NCBI GenBank assembly: GCA_038826135.1
Contig: JAWBON010000009.1
Coordinates: 829 to 28,594, forward strand
Length of the DNA: 27,766 nucleotides
Source: Candidatus Odinarchaeota archaeon
GTDB lineage: Archaea; Asgardarchaeota; Odinarchaeia; Odinarchaeales; Odinarchaeaceae
Direction: 5' to 3'
Both the position numbers and the translations under genes were made by a program. Positions 1 through 8,457 of the stretch are shown here, in pieces (within the stretch, counting starts at the first letter, position 1; each line of letters opens with the position of its first letter). The notes beneath the pieces were generated by a model that saw nothing but the letters and a program-made list of their open reading frames with translations, had not been told where the DNA came from and did not search any database.

Positions 1-4
1 ATTA

Positions 5-1147
5 GTGATGAAGCATAAAAAGGAATCAGTTGATGCGATTAACGGTTCTAGGATAGGGGAAATTGTCACCGCTGATAAAAATAAGTTAGGGGCGCTTCCG
101 GCTGTTAAAAAAATAGTTCTTAAACCTGTAGGTTATCCTCTGAGAACCGTTGATGAAGGTAAATCACCTGAAATCACAACAGACGACGTTGAATTATTTA
201 GCGCTTATGCAGTTGATCAATGGAACGGAACCTTGGTTAAAAAGAATAGTTTTCTCTTCGACCAGTATATTTACCCGGACTTCGCGTTTAAAGTTGTTCA
301 ATGCGCACCTAAAGAGGGTCATATAACTTATAAAACAAAGATTCTGATTGATATAAATGTTAGAGCGCCCTCTGTTAGTGGAATTAAAATAAGAGCTGAT
401 GATATTATCGGTCAGAATAAAGCTAAAGAGAAGTGTCTTATTATAAAAAAATATTTGCTTGAACCAGCTAAGTTCGGAGAGTGGGCTCCAAAAAACGTGC
501 TTTTCTACGGTCCACCTGGTACAGGTAAGACGATGATGGCTTTAGCTCTTGCAAACGAGACTAAAGCATCTATATTTCTCTCGAAGGCTACGGATCTGAT
601 AGGTTCTCATGTAGGGGGAGGAGCTCGCAGAATACATCAACTTTACGAAAACGCTGTAAGCCAAGCCCCGTCAATAGTTTTTATAGATGAGCTTGACGCT
701 ATCGGTTTAGACCGGCGGTTCCAATCTATTAGGGGGGATGTCTCCGAGATAGTTAATGCTCTATTATCCGAGTTAGACGGTCTTAACCCGAATTTAGGGG
801 TTGTAACAATCGGTGCTACTAACGCACCTGAAATACTAGACCCTGCTCTTAGAAGCAGATTCGAAGATGAAATTGAATTCACTCTCCCTAACAGAGAGGA
901 GAGGATTAGACTAATAGAATCCTATGCCAGCCGGCTGCCTTATGTGATAGAGATTGAGGCTGATAAGATAGCTGATATGCTGGAAGGTTTTTCAGGTAGA
1001 GATATAAAGGATAAATTTCTTAAAGCTCTTCTCCATAAAGCTATAGTTCAAAACCGCACTGTTATAGATTCTAAGATGGTTATGGATCATTTGAATACTT
1101 TAGTAGCTTTTAAAAACGATAAGAAAGCAAGGCAGTTGTATATGTGA
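5..1147 (+). CDS. AAA+ ATPase, AMA / COG1223-type, with C-terminal HbYX motif
   Basis: N-domain GYPL motif (KPVGYPLR), Walker A GPPGTGKT, Walker B FIDELD, SRH ATNAPEILDPALRSRF, single AAA module, ends QLYM*. The start is GTG at 5 or ATG at 8, and upstream context lies outside the window. Confidence 0.85.
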   Translation: MMKHKKESVDAINGSRIGEIVTADKNKLGALPAVKKIVLKPVGYPLRTVDEGKSPEITTDDVELFSAYAVDQWNGTLVKKNSFLFDQYIYPDFAFKVVQCAPKEGHITYKTKILIDINVRAPSVSGIKIRADDIIGQNKAKEKCLIIKKYLLEPAKFGEWAPKNVLFYGPPGTGKTMMALALANETKASIFLSKATDLIGSHVGGGARRIHQLYENAVSQAPSIVFIDELDAIGLDRRFQSIRGDVSEIVNALLSELDGLNPNLGVVTIGATNAPEILDPALRSRFEDEIEFTLPNREERIRLIESYASRLPYVIEIEADKIADMLEGFSGRDIKDKFLKALLHKAIVQNRTVIDSKMVMDHLNTLVAFKNDKKARQLYM

Positions 1148-1162
1148 TTTGGAGGTGGCTTT

Positions 1163-1726
1163 ACGGTTAAACTTATCGGTTTAACAGGGATGCCTGGTTC
1201 AGGTAAGAATGCGGCTCATAAAGTAGCTCAAGAATTAGGTATACCTGTAATATCCATGGGTGACATAGTCAGAGCAGAGGCTGAAAGGCTTGGTTTACCT
1301 TTAACATGTGAAGTTTTAGGCGGGGTAGCTCTTTGTTTAAGAGCTGAAGGTCAGGATGCTATCGCAAAAAGAGCTCAAAGACAGATAGCTAGGCTGATGA
1401 AATTAAAACCACCGCCGCGGATAATATTAATAGACGGGATAAGAAGCATTGAAGAGTGGAAATATTTTAGGCGCGTACATAAATACATTACTCTTGTTAG
1501 CATCGTATCATCTCCGAGAACAAGGTTTGAAAGACTTGTTAAACGTAAAAGATCCGACGACTATGATAACTGGTCTTCTTTTGAAAACAGGGATTTAAGA
1601 GAGATACTTTTAGGTATAGGCGGTGTGATAGCGTTAGCTGATTACACTGTTGTAAACGAGTCTTCACTTGAAGATTTAATGAATAATCTGCGCAACGTTT
1701 TTAAAAAAATAATTAGTGAAGCTTGA
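1163..1726 (+). CDS. CoaE-like P-loop nucleotide kinase (UPF0200-type); substrate uncertain
   Basis: KLIGLTGMPGSGK P-loop, SMGDIVR, IDGIRS, RLVKRKRSDD and ENRDLRE motifs. The ORF-track ATG (1190) lies inside the P-loop. The open frame extends upstream to a stop at 1145-1147, and SD GGAGGTG (1151-1157) points to ACG at 1163. Confidence 0.75.
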   Translation, partial: TVKLIGLTGMPGSGKNAAHKVAQELGIPVISMGDIVRAEAERLGLPLTCEVLGGVALCLRAEGQDAIAKRAQRQIARLMKLKPPPRIILIDGIRSIEEWKYFRRVHKYITLVSIVSSPRTRFERLVKRKRSDDYDNWSSFENRDLREILLGIGGVIALADYTVVNESSLEDLMNNLRNVFKKIISEA

Positions 1727-1739
1727 AGGTGGGTGATAT

Positions 1740-2183
1740 ACGGTTAAAATAGAGGTGAGGACTAGATTAAATCCCACTGAGAATAAGGATAGAGTATACG
1801 ATGCGATAGGTAACGTCATAGATCTTAAAGCTGATGTTATAGATCTTTCAAATGACGACTTTCTAACTTTCACATCTAGTAATATTAACTCTATTAAACC
1901 TCTTTTCGAAAAGTTAAGGGAGCAGAAGATACTGGAAGCCGCGCGTTCTCTGCTTCTAAGTGTTAAAACCCCTGATTTTATAATGTTTCACGTAAATAAG
2001 CAGGCGGCTTATGCTAATAAAATACATTTATGCGCGGAGGCCGGGGAGTCTCCGCTTGGACCTATAACAGTAGTTGTCTACAGTAAAAATATTGAAAAAT
2101 TCATAGACTGGCTTACCCCTCCTACATTTAAAGGACGGCCGGTCAGTCTTGGTAGGGAACAATTATCTTTAGAAGATCTTTAG
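1740..2183 (+). CDS. UPF0201-family putative RNA-binding protein
   Basis: VKIEV..LNPTENKDRV, LREQKILEAAR, FHVNKQAAYANKI, ESPLGPI and WLTP match the archaeal UPF0201 pattern. The first canonical start is GTG 1755, but the conserved-looking strand begins at ACG 1740 behind GGTGAT. Confidence 0.8.
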   Translation, partial: TVKIEVRTRLNPTENKDRVYDAIGNVIDLKADVIDLSNDDFLTFTSSNINSIKPLFEKLREQKILEAARSLLLSVKTPDFIMFHVNKQAAYANKIHLCAEAGESPLGPITVVVYSKNIEKFIDWLTPPTFKGRPVSLGREQLSLEDL

Positions 2184-3057
2184 CTATTATCGTGTTATCA
2201 AAATATTTTTTAGCGTTTTCAAGCATTGTAGTTGTATCCGTATAGCGGGGGCTTATATGAAAGAGTATTAGTTTTTTAGCCCCGGCTTTGCTAGCTGTCT
2301 GAGCAGCTTCAATAGCTGTCGAATGACCGTATTCTTGAGCTTTATCCGAATGTTCTTCATTAAATGTGCTTTCATGAATCATAATATCCGCTTCACTTGA
2401 TAACTCTTCAAGCTTAGGACTCGGTCTTGTATCCCCGCTGTATACTATTTTAAGACCTTTACGCGGCGGGCCTAACACTTGCTGAGGTGTGAAAACAATA
2501 TTGTTAAGCACAATTTTCTCGCCAGCTTGAAGTTTAGACCATAACTCTCCTTCAGGTATACCTAGCTGAGCAGCCTTCTCTGGGTGAAATCTCCCCGGCC
2601 TGCTTTTCTCCTCTAAAATATATGAGTAGGCTAAAATATCTTTATGGAATGCTTTAACCGCGGTTATTTTAATTCTCCCCAGATTAATTTCCTCCATACT
2701 CTCGTTTAACTCTGCGACTTTAATAGGATATGTTATGCCGAGTTTAACAGTCTCTCTCAGACATTGTATGAATCTAAATATTCCCGCCGGGCCTATGATA
2801 AGTAGAGTATTATCTTTGTTAAGCAGCCCCATGCTCATGAGAAGCCCGGGTAACCCTGCAATATGATCTCCGTGGAGATGTGAGATTAATATTGTTTTTA
2901 TCTTGGTGATGCTCAGCCCCGCTCTCTGCATCTGTATTTGAGCGCCCTCCCCGCAATCTAAAAGTATTATTTCACCGTTTTTTCTCAGTGCAATAGCAGG
3001 GCCGGTTCTCTCAACAGTCGGCATGCCGCCTGATGTTCCAAGAAAAATTAACTCCAT
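2143..3057 (-). CDS. rnz: Ribonuclease Z (tRNA 3' processing)
   Basis: FLGTSGG.PT, LLDCGEGAQ, metallo-beta-lactamase HLHGDH, exosite GP-rich arm, YSGDTRP, HESTF, GHST, LFHISPRY. Confidence 0.96.
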   Translation of the reverse strand: MELIFLGTSGGMPTVERTGPAIALRKNGEIILLDCGEGAQIQMQRAGLSITKIKTILISHLHGDHIAGLPGLLMSMGLLNKDNTLLIIGPAGIFRFIQCLRETVKLGITYPIKVAELNESMEEINLGRIKITAVKAFHKDILAYSYILEEKSRPGRFHPEKAAQLGIPEGELWSKLQAGEKIVLNNIVFTPQQVLGPPRKGLKIVYSGDTRPSPKLEELSSEADIMIHESTFNEEHSDKAQEYGHSTAIEAAQTASKAGAKKLILFHISPRYTDTTTMLENAKKYFDNTIIAKDLLKIIVPYQD

Positions 3058-3058
3058 G

Positions 3059-4084
3059 CTATCTCCTCAAGACAACTATTTTCCTAGTTAAACTTTTATG
3101 AACATATAATTCGAATACGTCAACCACCTTCAGCTTTAGGCCTTCAACTAATCTTTCTAAATTAATTTTTGCTGGAAAAGCGATTGTGAAATACCCTCCA
3201 GGTTTTATTATATTTTGAATGTTCTTAAGAGTTTCTTTTATAAGTCTCCGAGTCTCATCTCCCAGTGTTGAAGTGGATACACCGTAGGGGGGATCTGTCG
3301 CACCGCCATCCGCTTTAGTGAAAGGTATACTGCGGGCGTCACCTATTACTAGGTCATATCTTACCTTGTAATAATTCAAATTACTTTTTGACGCGTAGAT
3401 CATTTTCCTCTTGATCTCTAAACCTATAACACGGCATCCTTGAACACCAGCCTCTATACCTATCCCGCCTGTTCCGATAAAGGGCTCTAAAAACACGTCC
3501 CCGCATCTTACACGCGCTAAGTTTACCATGGCTCTGGCTATCCTAGGGTTTATGACGCCGGGGTAAAAATAAGGTCTATATTTTCCACTTCTTTTATCTA
3601 TGGCTCTCCTATCAATCTTTGACAACAGTAAGCCGAAAAACAGTTTTCCACCCGATACTATTCCTATAAATTCAGTGCATGGAGATTGGAGCTGAACCTT
3701 TAAGCCGCCTTTACTAGCCGCTATTACTTTTCCTCCTATAATTCTTTCAAGCTCTAATTTATTATGCTCTCCACTATCTTCACCAATAACGTAGACTCTA
3801 ACAGAAAAAGTCTCACCGCCGGATAGCTTTAATCCGCTAAGATCTTCTGATTTAAAATACGTCATCCTCGAATCGTATACGCCTATTAATTTGCAAACCA
3901 TGTGAGTGTAAGCGGCTTTTTCAGCGACAATTCTTGCAGCCTTCTCCTCAGTATCTAATACTATAATTTGAGCGGCTTTCATAATTACACTATATTTAAT
4001 TTTCTCCCCTTCTAATATGGCAATACACTCCGCTACGGGTAGAGTCTGATGCTCGCCTGATAGATAAAAGAAGAGGCATGTCAT
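3059..4084 (-). CDS. trm11: tRNA (guanine10-N2)-methyltransferase (THUMP + Rossmann MTase)
   Basis: N-terminal SGEH..LP, THUMP-like middle, RPYFYPG, ARAMVNLA, EPFIGTGG SAM motif, TDPPYG, VHKSLTR. Confidence 0.88.
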   Translation of the reverse strand: MTCLFFYLSGEHQTLPVAECIAILEGEKIKYSVIMKAAQIIVLDTEEKAARIVAEKAAYTHMVCKLIGVYDSRMTYFKSEDLSGLKLSGGETFSVRVYVIGEDSGEHNKLELERIIGGKVIAASKGGLKVQLQSPCTEFIGIVSGGKLFFGLLLSKIDRRAIDKRSGKYRPYFYPGVINPRIARAMVNLARVRCGDVFLEPFIGTGGIGIEAGVQGCRVIGLEIKRKMIYASKSNLNYYKVRYDLVIGDARSIPFTKADGGATDPPYGVSTSTLGDETRRLIKETLKNIQNIIKPGGYFTIAFPAKINLERLVEGLKLKVVDVFELYVHKSLTRKIVVLRR

Positions 4085-4086
4085 TT

Positions 4087-4962
4087 TTAAACTCCTCTGA
4101 ACTGTTCCGCGATCAGAGGAGCTACTGAAACCACGCTAATTTCAGATGGAATAGTATCTGTCCCGATAATATCCGCCGCTCCAGCGGATAGTATTTTAGA
4201 CTTAGCTTCACCGATTAGAATAGTATGCGTGGCGGCAACATATACGTTATTACCGCCCTGACTCTTTATCATCTGAATAGCTTTAATCATAGTTCCGCCC
4301 GTGCTTATAATATCATCAACAATTACCGCGTCACGGTCTTTAACGTTAAGCTTCTTATAATCCATTGTAATCTCCCCCGTATCCTTATCCCTGAACTTGT
4401 CGAAGCTTACGTATTCTGAACCTAATACTTTAGCAACAGTTTCAGCGCGGTGGATCGCACCGTCGTCGGGGGCTATTATCAAAGGCTTGCTTAAATTTCT
4501 CTTCTTAAAGTATTCACCGAAAAGACGCATTGCGCTTAAGTCTTTAGCTTTAATCTTAAGGTAATCTAAGACTCTCGGTTCATGTAAGTCAATCGTGTAT
4601 AATTCATCAACCCCTAAATATTCTAAAATATTTTCTATAACTTTAATGCTTAGAGGCTCGCCTTTTTTAAACTGTTTATCCTGTCTAGCATAAGCGAAAT
4701 ATGGTATAACCAGTCTTAATCTCGCTGGATTCATCTGTTTCACGGCATCTATTAAAAGAAATAATTGTATCAGATTCTTGTCTTGAGGACTGTACGTTGA
4801 CTGTATTAGGAGAACATCCTTGTTGTTCAACTCGCCTTCAACTCTAACATATGTTTCCCCGTCGGGGAAGTCTTTGAAGTTTACGTTAACCACTTCGCTC
4901 TTTAGAAGCCGTGCTACTTTTACACCGAGTATTTGAGATGCAGGCCCGGGTACAATTATCAT
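4087..4962 (-). CDS. prs: Ribose-phosphate pyrophosphokinase
   Basis: FPDGETYVR, PYFAYARQD, DLHE, IAPDDGA, PRPP-binding VDDIISTGGTM. SD GAGGTG lies 5 nt before the ATG. Confidence 0.96.
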   Translation of the reverse strand: MIIVPGPASQILGVKVARLLKSEVVNVNFKDFPDGETYVRVEGELNNKDVLLIQSTYSPQDKNLIQLFLLIDAVKQMNPARLRLVIPYFAYARQDKQFKKGEPLSIKVIENILEYLGVDELYTIDLHEPRVLDYLKIKAKDLSAMRLFGEYFKKRNLSKPLIIAPDDGAIHRAETVAKVLGSEYVSFDKFRDKDTGEITMDYKKLNVKDRDAVIVDDIISTGGTMIKAIQMIKSQGGNNVYVAATHTILIGEAKSKILSAGAADIIGTDTIPSEISVVSVAPLIAEQFRGV

Positions 4963-5221
4963 AAATCCACCTCATAAACTCCTTAATTAACAAACTATTT
5001 ACCTTATTTTAACTTTTAACTGTGAAATTAACACGGCTTAAATATTTAAATCATTTCCAAATCAGTTTAGCTTCATCAATCAAGCGCCTTACAACAGTTA
5101 TTTCCTCTCCTTCAAACTTTAATAAACCCCGGTGAAAGCTGTAAGAGCATAGTATGATTCATCATTAATTATTAATATAAGACGTTACTTAACATAATAA
5201 TCATAGCTACTGGTGGTTTAA

Positions 5222-6283
5222 GTGGTTTATCTTGTTAAAGATAAAAAAGTTAAATTCGGTTTAGAGCTTCTCCCAGACGGTGGGTCTAAAAAACCCTACG
5301 AGCTCATATTCGAGTATGCTAAAATAGCTGATAAATGGTTTGATAATATCTGGTTAACCCACCACCCCTGGAATGCTGATCCTTTTACAACAGCCGGTTA
5401 TATGGCTTCTATAACCAGATACACGACTATCGGTTTAGGCGCGACAAACCCTTTCGTCATACCGCCCGTGTATATAGCTGAGACGAGCGGGACCCTGTTC
5501 AGACTCTACTCTAAGAGGTTTATTCTAGGCGTGGGAGCTGGGGACCCTGAGTCTCTTAATTACATAGGGGTTAACAGGCCTAAAAAATTAATTAAGTACT
5601 TCCGGGAGGCAATCTCCGAGATAAGGGATCTTCTCTCAGGTAAGAGTGTTCGCGGTAGGAGTTTCTCCTGGATTGAACAGGTTGATTCAAGCCCCGGGGT
5701 TTATTATCCTAAAATTTTTATAGCAGCGCAGGGTCCTATGATGCTGCGTTTAGCCGGGGAGATAGGTGACGGGGTTTTAATAAATGCATCTCACCCGCTT
5801 CAAATAAAAATGGCTATAGATAAAGTTGTTGAAGGGGCTAGAAAAGTTAACAGGAAAACTCTTCCGGAGATAGTAGCATATACGTGTTTTTCAATGGATA
5901 GCAATCCTGAGAAAGCATATGCTGCGAGTAAGCCTCCAGTAGCCTACATTGTTTCAGGTGCTAATGATGATGTCCTTAAATATTTTAGCATAGATATGAG
6001 TAGAGTAGAATCCATTCGTTCACTTCTCAGGGATAAAAAGTTTGTAGAAGCATTTAACATGGTTGATAATAGTATGATTGACTTTTTCTCAATATCAGGG
6101 GATTGTGACCAGTGTATAAGTAAGATCGAGGAAATTGTCAGTGTAGGTGTCGACCAAGTGGTTTTAGGCTCTCCTTTAGGTGTTGAATCCGAGGGTAAGT
6201 GGCGTGGGAAAATTGTTTACTCAAAAGAGGAGGCTTTAAGAAAAATAATTAAAAAAATATTGAGTAGGTATAAACGCGGATAG
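5222..6283 (+). CDS. Luciferase-like F420-dependent oxidoreductase, Mer-like (methylene-H4MPT reductase family)
   Basis: ATNPF, ILGVGAGD, AAQGPMMLRLAGEIGDGVLINASHP, AYTCFSMD and LGSPLG resemble Mer. WLTHH replaces the usual W.TDH, so exact activity is uncertain. Confidence 0.75.
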   Translation: MVYLVKDKKVKFGLELLPDGGSKKPYELIFEYAKIADKWFDNIWLTHHPWNADPFTTAGYMASITRYTTIGLGATNPFVIPPVYIAETSGTLFRLYSKRFILGVGAGDPESLNYIGVNRPKKLIKYFREAISEIRDLLSGKSVRGRSFSWIEQVDSSPGVYYPKIFIAAQGPMMLRLAGEIGDGVLINASHPLQIKMAIDKVVEGARKVNRKTLPEIVAYTCFSMDSNPEKAYAASKPPVAYIVSGANDDVLKYFSIDMSRVESIRSLLRDKKFVEAFNMVDNSMIDFFSISGDCDQCISKIEEIVSVGVDQVVLGSPLGVESEGKWRGKIVYSKEEALRKIIKKILSRYKRG

Positions 6284-6293
6284 GTGTTATTTT

Positions 6294-7394
6294 TTGAAGG
6301 TGCTATCCTTCGATGAGAAAAAATGTAGGATGAAAATTAAAATCGAGTCACTAGATGATTTATGGATTATTTATAATATTATTTCAAAAGGGGATATTGT
6401 TTACGGTAAAACTTTCAGGAGGATCAAGCAGTCTGATGAAACTATAAGAGCTGATAAAGGAGAGCGTGTTCCTGTTTTCCTTGGGATTAGAGTTGAAGAG
6501 ACTTCTTTCCACGGGTTCTCTGATCGTCTTAGGATTAAAGGCAGAATTGTTAGTGGACCTGAGGACCTGGTTAGTATAGGTTCCTTTCACACACTTAACG
6601 TGGACGTAGACTACCAGATTGAAATAGTCAAGGAAAAATGGTCTAAGACTGATCTTAAAAGAATCGATGATGCTTTGAAATCAAGCTCCGCTCCTGTTAT
6701 AATACTGTGCGCTGTTGACAGTGATGAAGCCACTATTGCTTTAATGGGCGGTTTTCAAACCAAGATCGTATCTAGGATAACTGAGAATATTCCAGGTAAA
6801 CGGTTATCTGATAAAGATAATATTGGAGCTTACCAGCATTTCTACTCATCTATTATGAATGTTATTGAAACATTATTATCCTCTAATAAGATTAACTATA
6901 TTGTTATCGCAGGTCCGGGTTTTGTTAAAGATCATCTCCGCGATTACATTTTCAGCAAGAAACCTGAATTAAAGAATATGATTATTACGGATACTGTAAG
7001 CGGAGGTGATGTGAGCGGGATTAATGAAATAATTAGAAGAGGGGTTGCGATCTCGGCGATATCCAAGATGCGGGTAATTGAACATTCTAATCTGATAGAA
7101 GATGTTCTAAAACGTTTAGCTAAAGATACAGGCGACGTAGCCTATGGGATTCACTCCGTCAAGGAAGCTGCTGTTAAAGGCGCTGTTGAAACTCTTATTA
7201 TCACCGATGAGTTGCTGAGGGCTGGTGATGAGGTTCAAAGAAGTGAGATTCACAGTTTACTGGAGACCGTTGAAAGCGCGGGGGGTGATGTAAATATTTT
7301 CAGCATTGAAACACCACCCGGGGAGCAATTGAAGGGCTTAGGCGGTGTGGCGGCGTTACTTCGCTTTCAACTATTCAAAGATAATAAGACATAA
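6294..7394 (+). CDS. pelA: Pelota / Dom34 ribosome-rescue factor
   Basis: ESLDDLWIIYNII, GSFHTLNV, IPGKR, AGPGFVKD, YGIHSV, GAVETLII, QLKGLGGVAALLRF. TTG start follows AGGTG. Confidence 0.95.
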   Translation: MKVLSFDEKKCRMKIKIESLDDLWIIYNIISKGDIVYGKTFRRIKQSDETIRADKGERVPVFLGIRVEETSFHGFSDRLRIKGRIVSGPEDLVSIGSFHTLNVDVDYQIEIVKEKWSKTDLKRIDDALKSSSAPVIILCAVDSDEATIALMGGFQTKIVSRITENIPGKRLSDKDNIGAYQHFYSSIMNVIETLLSSNKINYIVIAGPGFVKDHLRDYIFSKKPELKNMIITDTVSGGDVSGINEIIRRGVAISAISKMRVIEHSNLIEDVLKRLAKDTGDVAYGIHSVKEAAVKGAVETLIITDELLRAGDEVQRSEIHSLLETVESAGGDVNIFSIETPPGEQLKGLGGVAALLRFQLFKDNKT

Positions 7395-8457
7395 CTATGA
7401 ATCTATCATCCGTCGGATGGGATTTCACTATACCGGTTTTAATATTGATTTTAGCAAGCTCGCCGGCTAATTCTTCTATAATATACCAGGCAGTGTAAAC
7501 CTGTTTTTTAAAACAGTCAACTTCAAGCATATCCTCAGGTACCTCGTATTCTTTAACAAGCATATTCTTAACTTCTTCAATATTATGGGTCTCATCTAAA
7601 TAGACAACTCCTCTAACCAGCAATCCCTCCCCGTCCACTTCCTCATATGTTTTTCTAACGTTTCGCGCTCTCCTTAGAAACCTGTTTCGAAGTTGAACTC
7701 CATCTTTAATCCAGGATGGGCAGTAATGAACTGATATTTTTTCAGTGTTTTCACGACACCAATCTAATATTTTGAGAGCGGTCTCCTCGCTTCCTTCAAC
7801 AGCGGCGATAGAATCTTTTTTAAGTTTTAAACCTCTTTTTTTAAGCTCCGAAGCGTTTGTTTCAGAAAACTCGAATTCATTTATATTAATGAATTCAGCG
7901 CCCACGCTCTCCAAGAACTTTACAAGATTTTCAACCCGTATCTCATCCCCGGGTATGGCTGGGATCTCACACCCGAATTTTATTTCAGTTCCTTGAAATA
8001 ATTTGATTTTATCTGTTACATCGCCTATAGGGTGGAATCTTATCTCATCTAGCCCGTTTCTAATAAGAGCGTTCGCTCTCTCACGGTTTAAATTATAGCC
8101 GGTTGTGTACAAATGTATATGGAATTTAGGGCCGAAGTTGTCTTTTAAAAGTTTAATATATTTTAATGTTTTATCAAACGTTAGGAGAGGGTCTCCTCCT
8201 GTTAAGCCAGCGCCCTCAGCCTCTATTAAAGCAGCCTCTCTTATTATAATCTGATCCGACTCTGCTTTCACTTCGTTAACATACACTGTGTCACTGTTCT
8301 TTCTAATATCTGAAAGAGGACAATAATAACATTTGGCGAAGCATCTACCTGTCATAAAAACTACTAGCTTAGAACCTCTCATACAATATTCACAACCCTT
8401 CGGTAATGAACCCAGGAGAAGTGAGCCCCCTGTCGTCTGTGAAAAATCATCTCTCAT
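7375..8457 (-). CDS. Radical SAM protein, archaeal COG2108-like, function unknown
   Basis: CxxxCxxC (CFAKCYYC) preceded by LPKGCEYC, TGGDPL, HLYTTG, DEIRFHP, FININEFEFSETN, VHYCP. Confidence 0.85.
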   Translation of the reverse strand: MRDDFSQTTGGSLLLGSLPKGCEYCMRGSKLVVFMTGRCFAKCYYCPLSDIRKNSDTVYVNEVKAESDQIIIREAALIEAEGAGLTGGDPLLTFDKTLKYIKLLKDNFGPKFHIHLYTTGYNLNRERANALIRNGLDEIRFHPIGDVTDKIKLFQGTEIKFGCEIPAIPGDEIRVENLVKFLESVGAEFININEFEFSETNASELKKRGLKLKKDSIAAVEGSEETALKILDWCRENTEKISVHYCPSWIKDGVQLRNRFLRRARNVRKTYEEVDGEGLLVRGVVYLDETHNIEEVKNMLVKEYEVPEDMLEVDCFKKQVYTAWYIIEELAGELAKINIKTGIVKSHPTDDRFIVMSYYL

